From Candidatus Eiseniibacteriota bacterium (lineage in GTDB: Bacteria > Eisenbacteria > RBG-16-71-46): DNA of 64,000 nt. Each line of letters opens with the position of its first letter. Within the stretch, counting starts at the first letter, position 1. Shown one piece after another: positions 20,744 through 30,313 of this stretch. The DNA is taken from NCBI GenBank assembly GCA_963744995.1, contig CAVUWA010000009.1:256001-320000 (forward strand), written 5' to 3'. The notes below the pieces were generated by a model that saw only the letters and a list, made by a program, of their open reading frames with translations, was not told the DNA's origin and searched no databases. A program made the translations under genes and the position numbers.

Positions 20744-22786
20744 GTGAACGACGGGCCGGAGCGCGGTCCGGAGCCCCCGCGTAACGAAGCGGCGAAGTCG
20801 CGGCCGCGCCGCCCTGACACCCCGCGCCCCGCGGTCTGCGCCCTGTTCCTCACGGTTCTGGTGTGGATCATTCCGGCCGCGGTTCACGCGCAGGAGGGTC
20901 GCCCCGACTTCACCCGGATCGGGTCGGTGCGCTTCGAAGGGCGGCATCACGTCAGCCCCCGCGAACTCCTGTCGGTGATGAAGACCAAGCGGCCGTCGAT
21001 CCTGCCCTGGGCGGAGCGCCCGATCCTGCGCGAGGACTTCGTGCGCAGCGACACGCTCGCGATCGAAGCGGTCTACCGGCGCCACGGCTACCTCGACACG
21101 CGCGTCGGCTACCGGATCGAGCCGATGAAGACCGAGGGGCTCGTGCGGGTGGTGTTCGAGATCCACGAGGGCCGGCGCTCGTTCATCGAATCGGTGGCCG
21201 TCGAAGGCTCGAGCGCCTACCCGGAGGGCCAGCTGCTCAGGAAGCTGACGGCGCGGCCCGGGCGCGTCTTCGACCCCTCGCTGGTGATCACCGACACGAC
21301 GCGGATCTCGCGCGAATACCAGAACCGGGGCTACATCCCGGCGGTGGACGCGCGCATCGAGCGCGCGGCGGGAAAGGTGGAAGTCACCTATATCGTCGAT
21401 CCGGGGCCGCTCTACCACTTCGGCGAGGTCTACGTCTCGGTGAACGGGGAGCCCACGATCGCGGAGCATCTGATCCGTCGCGAGATCGCGATCGAGAAGG
21501 GCGACGTCTACCGGTACTCGCGCGTCGAGAAGACCCAGGAGCAGCTGGTCGACACCGGATTCTTCCGCCTGGTGCAGCTGGAGCGGCTGGTGGATTCGAC
21601 CTACGCGCAGGTCGAGTGGGACCTGCGGCTCACGGAGCGCAAGTCGCGCTGGATCGACGCCGGCGTCGGCAGCGGCTCGGCGGAACGTTTCCGCTTCACC
21701 GGCGAATGGGGCAACCGCAACCTGTTCGGGCGCGGCCTGCAGGGGGTGCTGGGCTCGCGCGCCGCGTTCGACGGGCGCGGCCGTTTCCTGATCGCGCACG
21801 GGGAGGCGTCGCTGCTCGAGCCGTGGCTCCTCGGCACCCGCACCCGCGGCCAGGTGACGCCTTACTATGAACGCACCGTGGACCGCACCAATGACTTCTA
21901 CCGGATCGATCAACACCGCCGCGGCGTGACGCTGCGCGCCTACCGCGACTTCGGTCGGACCCTGCGTTTCCAGCTCGTGCAGGACAACGCGTTCGTGACG
22001 CAATCGGTAAACTACGACCCGGCGGCGCTGTCGGCGGTGGACTCGGCCACGGTCGACTCGGTCGTGAGGAACACCGAGGCGTCGTATACCACCCACCGCC
22101 TGCAGGGGATTGTCGAGCGCGACCGGCGCGATTTCCCGCTGAACCCGACGCGCGGCTCGTACCAGAACCTGCTCGCCGAAGTGGCGGGCGGCCCGCTGCA
22201 GGGCTCGTCCAGCTTCCTCAAGGGGGACGTGTCGTCGTCCTGGTACACGCCGCTGCCGAACGGCTGGGTGATCGCCGCGCGGCTGCGGGCGGGGGCGATC
22301 GATCCGTTCGGCGCGGTCCGGCGCTTCACGCCCAACCTGAGCATCGACGCCGACGTCGCGCGGGTGCCCAACGAGGATCGCTTTCGGCTGGGTGGCGTCA
22401 GCACGGTGCGCGGCTACGACGAGGGGGGTCTGCCATTCTCGGTGGACAGCCCGTTCTCGACGAGCGGCGGGCTCGCGCTGCTGCTCGGCAACCTCGAGCT
22501 GCGCGTGCCGGTCGCGGGCCCGTTCGGGCTCGAGTTCTTCGTGGACGCCGGGAATGTGTGGGAACGGCCGACGTACGTGAAGTGGAGCGATCTCGCGCCA
22601 TCGGTGTCGAGCGAACCGCTCGGGCCGGGGGAGATGCGTTACGTGGCCGGCTTCGGCGGGCGCCTGCAGCTGCCGTTCGGCCCGCTGCGTTACGATCTGA
22701 CCTGGGGGTTGCGGCCGGAGAACACGGGGAACGGCAAGGACTGGATCCAGGCGCAGCAGCAGTTCGCGATCGGCCCGGCCTTCTGA
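20744..22786 (+). CDS. Omp85 family outer membrane protein with three POTRA domains (TamA/BamA-like)
   Basis: Signal-like segment, POTRA repeats, TVRGY loop-6 motif and a C-terminal Phe. Upstream of a TamB-like gene. Start uncertain (20687 or 20744). Confidence 0.85.
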   Translation: MNDGPERGPEPPRNEAAKSRPRRPDTPRPAVCALFLTVLVWIIPAAVHAQEGRPDFTRIGSVRFEGRHHVSPRELLSVMKTKRPSILPWAERPILREDFVRSDTLAIEAVYRRHGYLDTRVGYRIEPMKTEGLVRVVFEIHEGRRSFIESVAVEGSSAYPEGQLLRKLTARPGRVFDPSLVITDTTRISREYQNRGYIPAVDARIERAAGKVEVTYIVDPGPLYHFGEVYVSVNGEPTIAEHLIRREIAIEKGDVYRYSRVEKTQEQLVDTGFFRLVQLERLVDSTYAQVEWDLRLTERKSRWIDAGVGSGSAERFRFTGEWGNRNLFGRGLQGVLGSRAAFDGRGRFLIAHGEASLLEPWLLGTRTRGQVTPYYERTVDRTNDFYRIDQHRRGVTLRAYRDFGRTLRFQLVQDNAFVTQSVNYDPAALSAVDSATVDSVVRNTEASYTTHRLQGIVERDRRDFPLNPTRGSYQNLLAEVAGGPLQGSSSFLKGDVSSSWYTPLPNGWVIAARLRAGAIDPFGAVRRFTPNLSIDADVARVPNEDRFRLGGVSTVRGYDEGGLPFSVDSPFSTSGGLALLLGNLELRVPVAGPFGLEFFVDAGNVWERPTYVKWSDLAPSVSSEPLGPGEMRYVAGFGGRLQLPFGPLRYDLTWGLRPENTGNGKDWIQAQQQFAIGPAF

Positions 22787-22793
22787 CGACGTC

Positions 22794-25700
22794 ATGACGG
22801 AACGCGACGACCATCCCGACGAATCCCGCGAGCACGCCGGACTCGGCGAGCGCACCCACGACTTTGTGGAGGAGATCCGCGAGGAGATCGCCGAGCACGT
22901 CCCGCAGCCGGTGCGCTGGACCGTCGGCAAGCTGGTCAAGGTGATCCTGCTCGGGCTCGGTGCGCTGATCGTGGTGCTGATCATCACGGCTCTGCTCTAC
23001 GCCGCGAATCGCACGCAGTGGGTGGCGAAGGAGCTCGCCCTGGTGCTCAACCAGACGCTGTCGCTGCGCAGCGACGTGGTCGTGTCGATCGGGGACCTCA
23101 AAGGCAACCCGTTCCACGTGGTGACCATGGAGCATCCCGAGGTGCGCTTCCGCGAGGGGGACGGCACGCCGCTGCTCGAAGCGCCGTCGCTCACGGTGCG
23201 CTATTCGCCGTGGAACCTGCTCACCGGACGGCGCGGGGTGGATGTGACCCTCGATCATCCGGTGATCCGCATTCTCACCGACGCCCACGGGAAGACGCGC
23301 CTGCCGGTCTGGCGCTCCGGCAAGGCGAGCTCGGCGGTGACCACCTACGACATCGGCCTGCACCTGCACGGCGGCACCGTGATCCTGCCGGACGAACAGC
23401 GCGTGACCGGCGTCGATCTCGACGCCTCCGCCCATACCGGACGGCCGACGCAGGTCGAGATCCGCAAGCTGTCATGGGCCGATGCGCCGCGGGTCGGCCG
23501 GCTCGAGCAGCTCAGCGGCTGGCTCGCGGCCGACGACAGCGTGCGGTTCGGCATCGACGAGCTGCGCATGCCGGACGTCCGGCTGTCGGCGCGCGGCGGC
23601 TGGGAGGCCAGTCCGGGCAACGAGGTCAAGGCGCGGCGCATGAGCCTCAAGATCGACCGCGTGCGCTGGCGCTGGCTGGCGAAGGCGTTCGTCAACGACG
23701 CCTTCGACGCCGACGGCGAAGGCGCGGCGTCGGTCGACCTCGTGCGTGAGGCCGACGGCCGCTTCCATGGCGAGTTCCTCGCGCAGGCCGACTGGAAGGG
23801 GCTCACGGGCGACGGCTCGGGCGAGTTCGAATGGGCGGGCGACCGGCTGACGATCGCACCGGCGGACGTGGTCTCACCCGGCGGGCGCCTCTCCGGCAGG
23901 TTCGAGATGCGCGGCAAGGCGTGGACGCTGGAGGGCGACGTCACCGAGGGCGATCCTTCACGCTGGGGCCCGATCGGGCTCACCGGCTGGCCGGAAGGAA
24001 ACCTGGCGGGCCGGTTCCGATACGACACCGCGCCCGATCGCACCGCGAAGATCGTCGCGGCACTCGGCGCCTCGGAGATCGCGGGCTGGCGCGCCGACAG
24101 CGCCTACGTCGGGGTGAAGAGCTGGCCCGATGCCCCCGACAGCTTCACCGTGGACTTCAAGCGCCGCGGCGGCCAGGCGACGCTGGTGGCCGAGGCCGGC
24201 ACGGGCGGCTGGAGCGGCGACTGGACCGCGCACCGCTTCCCGCTCGAAGAGTGGCCGGACGGTCGTGCCACCGGGCTCACCGGGCTGCTCGATCGGGGCG
24301 CGGGCCGGGTCGCGGGCGACGACGGCGGACTGCACGTCACGGGCGCGATCGAAGGGCCGCGGGCGCGCTGGATGGGCGCCGACGGCGCCTTCTGGCGCGT
24401 CGATTCGATCGCCGGCCGGCTGCTGCCGACGCCCGATCTCACCACCGCGGTGCAGCTCCGCGACGTCACGTTCCTCGGTGTCCACTTCGACAGCGCGCGC
24501 GCCGCGGTGCGGCTCGGCGACCAGGAGATGACGCTCGACAGGCTGCGCGCGTTCGCCGGGGACACCCTCCTCGACATGGACGCCCGCGCGACGTGGGACG
24601 GCGACCGCTGGACGTTCGACGCGACCCGGGCGGTGGCCTCGAGCGATCAGTTCGAGTTCCATGCCGATCCGCCGCTCAGGCTTTCGGGCGATCCGCGCGG
24701 GGTCACGTTCGAACGCCTGCGGGCCACCGACGAGGAGGCGCGCCTCGACATCACCGGCCGCTGGGCCGGACCCGGCGGGTCGTACTCGTTCGATCTCACC
24801 GGCACGTCGCTCGCGCTCGACGGACTCGGGCTGCCGCGCGAGTGGAACCTCGCGGGGCGGACCGATGCGCACTTCATGGTGACCGGCGCCTCGGGCGACC
24901 CGCGCTGGCGGTTCGAGGCCCGCGCGTCCGGCGTCGGCGTGCGCGGCGCGGTTGCGGATTCGGTGGTGCTCCGGCTCTCGGGCGCCCCGCACGTGCTCGA
25001 GGTCGAGGAGGCGCTGGCGGTCGCCCGCGACGGCCGCGCCTCCGGCACGCTCTCCTTCGACGGGATCCGCGCGGCGTGGCCCGACACCACGACGCCGGAG
25101 GCGGTCACGGCCTGGCTCGCCGACGCTGCGGGCTGGCGCGGCAGGGTGGACGCCGACCGTTTTCCGATCGACGGCTGGGAAGGGCTCGGCGCGGCGCTGG
25201 GCCGCGCACACGGGCGGGCCAGCGGCCACGTGGTGATCGGCGGGCGTCCCGACCGCCCGGCGCTCGACGCCTCGATCCATGCGGCCGGGTTCGCCGTGGA
25301 CGACTTCGGCGTGGACGAGATCGATGTCGAAGCGAAGTATCGTGACGGCCGGCTCGAGGTCCCGAGCGGGCGCGCGACCCGCGGGGCGGTGGTGTCGAGC
25401 ATCAGCGGCCACGTGGCCCTCGACCTGGCGCTCGGTCGCGAGCCGTCCTTCCCCGAGCAGCCGATGCAGTGGCGCGTGGACGTGCCGAACGGCGATCTCT
25501 CGATTCTGCCGCTGCTGGTGCCGCAGATCGCGTGGGCCAGGGGCGACTTCAAGCTCGAGACGCGCGTCGAGGGCACCCCGAAGTCGCCCTCGCTCGACGG
25601 CACGCTCGCGGTGCGCAACGGGCAGGTGCGGATGGCGACGCGCGAGGAGTTGCTGCACGATCTCGCCGCCGACCTGCACTTCAACGCGTCGCGCATCACG

Positions 25701-26867
25701 CTCGATACGCTGGTCGCCTATCAGGGGAAGAGCGGGGTCGTGCGCGGCTCGGGGGTGGCCCAGCTCGACGGATTCAAGGTCGCGCACTATCGCTTCCACG
25801 CCGGGCTCTCCGAGTTCACCGCGATCGAATCGGGACTCTACTCGGCGACGTTCGACGGCCGGTTCACGATCGTCGACGGTGTGATGGTGCACGGCGACCG
25901 GCTGCCGCACGTCACCGGCGACATGGAGATCATCCAGGCCGCCGTCCTGCTCGACTTCGCCAACGAGAGCGAGATGCGCCAGTTCACCGCCAGCGAGGCG
26001 CCGCTCTACTGGACCTATCGCGTCCACATGAGGGCGACGGACAAGCTGCGCTGGGTGCCGCCCAACGCGAACGTCGAGTTCAGCGCCGATCTGGTGCTCG
26101 AGCAGTCGGCGGATTCGCTGAGCATCTTCGGCGACGTAGATGCCCTGCGCGGTCAGTACTGGTTCCTCAGCAACCGCTTCGACGTGACCCGGGCGAACCT
26201 CACGTTCGACAACGTGGGCGGCATCGACCCGCAGCTCGACATCGAGGCGCAGACCGTGCTCACGCCGACCTCGAACGAGGGCATCGCCGCGAGCGTCGAC
26301 CCCAACGACCCGAACCCGCACCCGGCCCGCCAGACCATTACCGTCACGATCACGGGACGGTCGCGTAATCCGGTGATCGACTTCATGAGCTCGCCCAACG
26401 ACCTCGGCCAGCCGGTGATTCTCAAGGAGCTCACCGTGCAGCGCTTCTCGGGCGACAACCTGGCGGCCGGGGATCCGCTCGACGACTTCGTCACCCGCGC
26501 GATCAATCGCCAGCTCTCGGCCGAGATGTCCAAGCTGTTTCAGGGATATGTCAATGAATGGACGCTGACCCGCGAGAATGGCGGGCTGATCCGGGGCGAG
26601 GGGGAACTCTATGCGGAAGTCGGCATCCCATTGAGCGCGCAGTTGCAGATTCGCTACCGGCAGCGCGTTCCGGGGCTCGAACGGCAGCGAATCGGCACCT
26701 ACAGCGTGAATCCCTTCGAACGCGATCTCGAGGTCGAATACCGACTGAACCGGTTCTTCTACGTCACCAGCGAGCTGGCGCAGCGGCGTACGGGAACCGG
26801 CAGCGCGGCGACCACGCAGGGGACCCCGGAATTCAACGTCAACCTCAAGGCGCGCTGGGAGTATTGA
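22794..26867 (+). CDS. tamB: TamB/AsmA-like translocation and assembly module protein
   Basis: 1357 aa with an N-terminal TM anchor, long beta-rich repeats and a DUF490-like C-terminus (F.N....DPQLDIEA). Confidence 0.8.
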   Translation: MTERDDHPDESREHAGLGERTHDFVEEIREEIAEHVPQPVRWTVGKLVKVILLGLGALIVVLIITALLYAANRTQWVAKELALVLNQTLSLRSDVVVSIGDLKGNPFHVVTMEHPEVRFREGDGTPLLEAPSLTVRYSPWNLLTGRRGVDVTLDHPVIRILTDAHGKTRLPVWRSGKASSAVTTYDIGLHLHGGTVILPDEQRVTGVDLDASAHTGRPTQVEIRKLSWADAPRVGRLEQLSGWLAADDSVRFGIDELRMPDVRLSARGGWEASPGNEVKARRMSLKIDRVRWRWLAKAFVNDAFDADGEGAASVDLVREADGRFHGEFLAQADWKGLTGDGSGEFEWAGDRLTIAPADVVSPGGRLSGRFEMRGKAWTLEGDVTEGDPSRWGPIGLTGWPEGNLAGRFRYDTAPDRTAKIVAALGASEIAGWRADSAYVGVKSWPDAPDSFTVDFKRRGGQATLVAEAGTGGWSGDWTAHRFPLEEWPDGRATGLTGLLDRGAGRVAGDDGGLHVTGAIEGPRARWMGADGAFWRVDSIAGRLLPTPDLTTAVQLRDVTFLGVHFDSARAAVRLGDQEMTLDRLRAFAGDTLLDMDARATWDGDRWTFDATRAVASSDQFEFHADPPLRLSGDPRGVTFERLRATDEEARLDITGRWAGPGGSYSFDLTGTSLALDGLGLPREWNLAGRTDAHFMVTGASGDPRWRFEARASGVGVRGAVADSVVLRLSGAPHVLEVEEALAVARDGRASGTLSFDGIRAAWPDTTTPEAVTAWLADAAGWRGRVDADRFPIDGWEGLGAALGRAHGRASGHVVIGGRPDRPALDASIHAAGFAVDDFGVDEIDVEAKYRDGRLEVPSGRATRGAVVSSISGHVALDLALGREPSFPEQPMQWRVDVPNGDLSILPLLVPQIAWARGDFKLETRVEGTPKSPSLDGTLAVRNGQVRMATREELLHDLAADLHFNASRITLDTLVAYQGKSGVVRGSGVAQLDGFKVAHYRFHAGLSEFTAIESGLYSATFDGRFTIVDGVMVHGDRLPHVTGDMEIIQAAVLLDFANESEMRQFTASEAPLYWTYRVHMRATDKLRWVPPNANVEFSADLVLEQSADSLSIFGDVDALRGQYWFLSNRFDVTRANLTFDNVGGIDPQLDIEAQTVLTPTSNEGIAASVDPNDPNPHPARQTITVTITGRSRNPVIDFMSSPNDLGQPVILKELTVQRFSGDNLAAGDPLDDFVTRAINRQLSAEMSKLFQGYVNEWTLTRENGGLIRGEGELYAEVGIPLSAQLQIRYRQRVPGLERQRIGTYSVNPFERDLEVEYRLNRFFYVTSELAQRRTGTGSAATTQGTPEFNVNLKARWEY

Positions 26868-26999
26868 CCCGGCCGGGCGCGTGGACCCGGGGGCCATGGA
26901 ACGGTGTATGCTGCTGCACGACATGAGACCGGGCGGGTCTCCTGGTGGCCGCAGGGATGGCGTCCGCCGTCACCGCGTCGGGCGAGGAAGGAACAACGG

Positions 27000-29900
27000 A
27001 TGAGGCACATTGCACGGGTCGCGCTCCTGGCCCTTCTGGCGGGTCTGGGGCTCACGGCTCTGGTTCCCGCGGACGCCGGCGCGCAGCTGTTCGGGCAGAA
27101 CAAGGTTCAGTACCGCCGCTACGACTGGCGCTCGATCAGCGCCGACCACTTCGAGGTCTACTATTATTCCGGCCTCGACAGCCTTGCGATGCGGGTGCTG
27201 GACCTCGCCGAGAAGACCCACGAGGTGCTCTCCGAACGCATGGGGCACCGTCTCGGGCGCCGCGTGCCGATCATCCTCTACGGCTCGCACAACGACTTCG
27301 CCCAGACCAACGTCACCCCCGAGCTGATCGACTCCGGCACCGGCGGCTTCACCGAGCTGCTGCGCAACCGGGTCGTGCTGCCCTTCACCGGCTCGTACGA
27401 AGACCTGCGCCACGTCGTGGTGCACGAGCTCACGCACGCGATCATGTTCGACCTGCTCTACGGCGGGTCGATGTCGGCGCCGCTCTCGCGGCAGGGGTTC
27501 TTCCAGGTGCCGCTGTGGTTCGCGGAGGGCATGGCGGAGTACTTCTCGCTCGGCATGGAGTCCAACGCCGCGATGTTCGTCCGCGACGGCATCATCGAGG
27601 GCTACCTGCCGCCGCTGCAGTACTCGGGCGGCTATCTGGTCTACAAGCAGGGCCAGTCGGCGCTCACCTACCTGGTGCAGCGCTACGGTGAGGCGCGGCT
27701 GCGCAACCTGCTGCAGACCATGCGCCGGACCCGCTCGTTCGACCGCGCCTTCCAGCGCAGCGTCGGGACGAGCGTCGACAAGTTCGACGAGCAGTGGCAG
27801 ACGTGGCTGCGCAAGGAATACTGGCCGACGGTCGCCAGCAAGGATTCTCCCGACAAGTTCGCGCGCCAGCTCACCGATCATCGCCACGACCAGAGCAACG
27901 CCAACACGGCTCCCGCCGTGTCGCCGCAGGGCGACCGCATCGCCTACTTCAGCGACCGCCGCCAGTACACCGACGTCTACGTGATGAGCGCGTTCGACGG
28001 CAAGGTGCAGCGCCGCATCATCCGCGGCGAGCGCAGCGTGTTGTTCGAGGCGATCCCGTCGTTCCGCGGCTCGCTCACCTGGTCGCCCGAGGGCGATCGC
28101 ATCGGCCTGGTGGCGAAGAGCGCGGGCTACGACGTCCTCTACGTCGTGGACGCCAACAAAGGCAAGGTGATGGATCGCATCAAGCTGCCGTGCGACGCGC
28201 TGTTCTACCCGGCATGGTCGCCGGTGGCGGACTCGATCGTGGTGGCGGGGGTGAAGGACGGGCGCAGCGATCTCTACATGGTGTCGATCAAGGACGGCGC
28301 CATCACGCGACTCACCGACGACACCTACGACGAGAAGGAGCCGGCGTGGACGCCCGACGGCCGCCACGTCACGTTCTCGTCCGATCGTCTGACCCCGGTC
28401 GTGCTGTACCCGCTGCGCCAGCAGAAGGGCTTCGGCCGCTACGGCATCTTCGACCTGTCGCTGGACGACCACGTCGTCACGAAGGTCCTCGACACCTACG
28501 GCGACGACCAGTGGCCGGCGTGGTCGGCCGACGGCCGGCGCCTGGCGTTCATCACCGACCGCAGCGGCACGCCCAACATCTTTCTCTACGACCTCGACGA
28601 CTCCAGCTTCACCCAGCTCACCGACGTGCTGGGCGGCGTGTCGAGCCTGTCGTGGTCCATGCACAACGACCGGCTGGTGTTCTCGACGTTCGATCGCGGC
28701 GGCTGGGACATCTATGCCGTGAAGGAGCCGCTGTCGATGGATTCGGTGGTGGAGCGGCTGCGCCGCGAGTCGCCCGCCGCGGTGCTCGATCCCGCCGAAG
28801 CGCTGCAGCCGCCGGGGGCGCAGGTCGCCGTGGCCCCGTCGCCGGCGGCGCTCGGCGAGGTGTGGCCCGACAGCGCGACGGCCGAGCCCGTGGACAGCGC
28901 GCTGGTCGCGGTGCCGGGCCCGCCCCCCGCGGTGACCGGCCGCGTGGACACCCTGCGCGCCGAAGTGCTGCCCCCGGGTGAGGAACCGCCGCCGTGGGAG
29001 GGCGAGCCCGTGCACGCGGCGGCTCCCGACACGGCGACGCAGCTCGCGAGCACGATTCCGCTGCGGGACACGGGCGGCCCGTTCGCGCTGCCGGATTCGG
29101 TGCTGGGCCAGGAGCCGACGCCCTATCACGTGCAGCTCGCCCCCGATTACGCGGGCGGCGGCTTCTACGCCGCCACCGGCTACGGGCTGGTCGGCAGCAC
29201 GCAGCTCGTGTTCAGCGACTTCCTCGGCGACCACAACATCTACGTGGCGACCGACGTCTTCACGAACTCGCTCGAGGAGACCAATGCGCTCGCGATCTAC
29301 AACTATCTGCCGCGGCGCTGGGACTTCGGCGTCGGGCTGTTCCACTTCAAGAATTACTACGCCTCGCGGGTGACGCAGCTCGGCGAGAACCTGGACAGTC
29401 CCAAGCTGTTCTCCGACCGCACCTTCGGCGGGATCCTGACCACGGCCTATCCGTTCGATCGATTCCGCCGCGTCGAGTTCAACTTCACGCAGATGTTCGT
29501 CGACCGGCAGTTCTTCGATCGCGACGCGTTCGGCAACTACTTCGAGACCGAACGCCAGTTCCGCGCGGTGACGTCGCCTTCGGTGTCACTGGTCGGCGAC
29601 AACACGCTGTTCGGCTACTACGGACCCGTGAACGGCGCGCGCTACAACATCACCTACGCGCCGGCCTTCAAGGTCTTCCACAACGCGCTCGAGTATCAGA
29701 CCGTGACGCTCGACTCGCGCCGCTACTGGGACCTCACCCACGGCTACACGTTCGCCACCCGCGTGCTCGCCGGCGTCAGCGGCGGTCCCGACGCGCAGGC
29801 GTTCCGCGTCGGTGGGTTCTCCACGCTGCGCGGCTTCAAGGACTTCGACCTGATCGGCGACCGCGTCGCGATCATGAACCTCGAACTGCGCTTCCCGTTC

Positions 29901-30182
29901 ATCCAGCAGCTCGGGCTCGTGGGTCCCGTGCCGATCGGCATCTTCAACCTGCGTGGCGCGATCTTCTCGGACGCCGGGCTGGTGTGGAACGACGGCGACC
30001 CCATCAAGTTCATCGAGTCGAACGGCGGCAACGTGCGGCTGGTGAGTCCGAAGCTCTCGTTCGGCACCGGCATCCGCACTTCGGTGTTCTTCCTCATCAT
30101 GAAGCTCGATGCGGGCTGGACCACGGATCTCGACCGCGTGAGCCGCCCGCGCTGGCACTTCAGCATCGGCCCCGAATTCTGA
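27000..30182 (+). CDS. Fusion protein: gluzincin-like peptidase, TolB/PD40 propeller and Omp85 beta-barrel
   Basis: Signal peptide, FGQNKVQY, HELTH..WFAEGMAEY, repeated PAWSPDG-like motifs, TLRGF and C-terminal FSIGPEF. Confidence 0.85.
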   Translation: MRHIARVALLALLAGLGLTALVPADAGAQLFGQNKVQYRRYDWRSISADHFEVYYYSGLDSLAMRVLDLAEKTHEVLSERMGHRLGRRVPIILYGSHNDFAQTNVTPELIDSGTGGFTELLRNRVVLPFTGSYEDLRHVVVHELTHAIMFDLLYGGSMSAPLSRQGFFQVPLWFAEGMAEYFSLGMESNAAMFVRDGIIEGYLPPLQYSGGYLVYKQGQSALTYLVQRYGEARLRNLLQTMRRTRSFDRAFQRSVGTSVDKFDEQWQTWLRKEYWPTVASKDSPDKFARQLTDHRHDQSNANTAPAVSPQGDRIAYFSDRRQYTDVYVMSAFDGKVQRRIIRGERSVLFEAIPSFRGSLTWSPEGDRIGLVAKSAGYDVLYVVDANKGKVMDRIKLPCDALFYPAWSPVADSIVVAGVKDGRSDLYMVSIKDGAITRLTDDTYDEKEPAWTPDGRHVTFSSDRLTPVVLYPLRQQKGFGRYGIFDLSLDDHVVTKVLDTYGDDQWPAWSADGRRLAFITDRSGTPNIFLYDLDDSSFTQLTDVLGGVSSLSWSMHNDRLVFSTFDRGGWDIYAVKEPLSMDSVVERLRRESPAAVLDPAEALQPPGAQVAVAPSPAALGEVWPDSATAEPVDSALVAVPGPPPAVTGRVDTLRAEVLPPGEEPPPWEGEPVHAAAPDTATQLASTIPLRDTGGPFALPDSVLGQEPTPYHVQLAPDYAGGGFYAATGYGLVGSTQLVFSDFLGDHNIYVATDVFTNSLEETNALAIYNYLPRRWDFGVGLFHFKNYYASRVTQLGENLDSPKLFSDRTFGGILTTAYPFDRFRRVEFNFTQMFVDRQFFDRDAFGNYFETERQFRAVTSPSVSLVGDNTLFGYYGPVNGARYNITYAPAFKVFHNALEYQTVTLDSRRYWDLTHGYTFATRVLAGVSGGPDAQAFRVGGFSTLRGFKDFDLIGDRVAIMNLELRFPFIQQLGLVGPVPIGIFNLRGAIFSDAGLVWNDGDPIKFIESNGGNVRLVSPKLSFGTGIRTSVFFLIMKLDAGWTTDLDRVSRPRWHFSIGPEF

Positions 30183-30195
30183 TCCGCGCAGAAAG

Positions 30196-30229
30196 GCGAG
30201 CCCCCGCCGCGGATGCGGCGGGGGCTCGC
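30196..30229 (+). terminator. Strong 15-bp hairpin after the Omp85 fusion gene
   Basis: GCGAGCCCCCGCCGC-GGAT-GCGGCGGGGGCTCGC. No U-tract on the + strand. Confidence 0.5.
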
Positions 30230-30313
30230 GTGCGCGCGGCTTGCGGCACGTGAATCGCTCCGGCTAGATTGCGGCGTGGCGCGAATGGGCGCGTCACGCG
30301 GAGCCGGCGGAAC

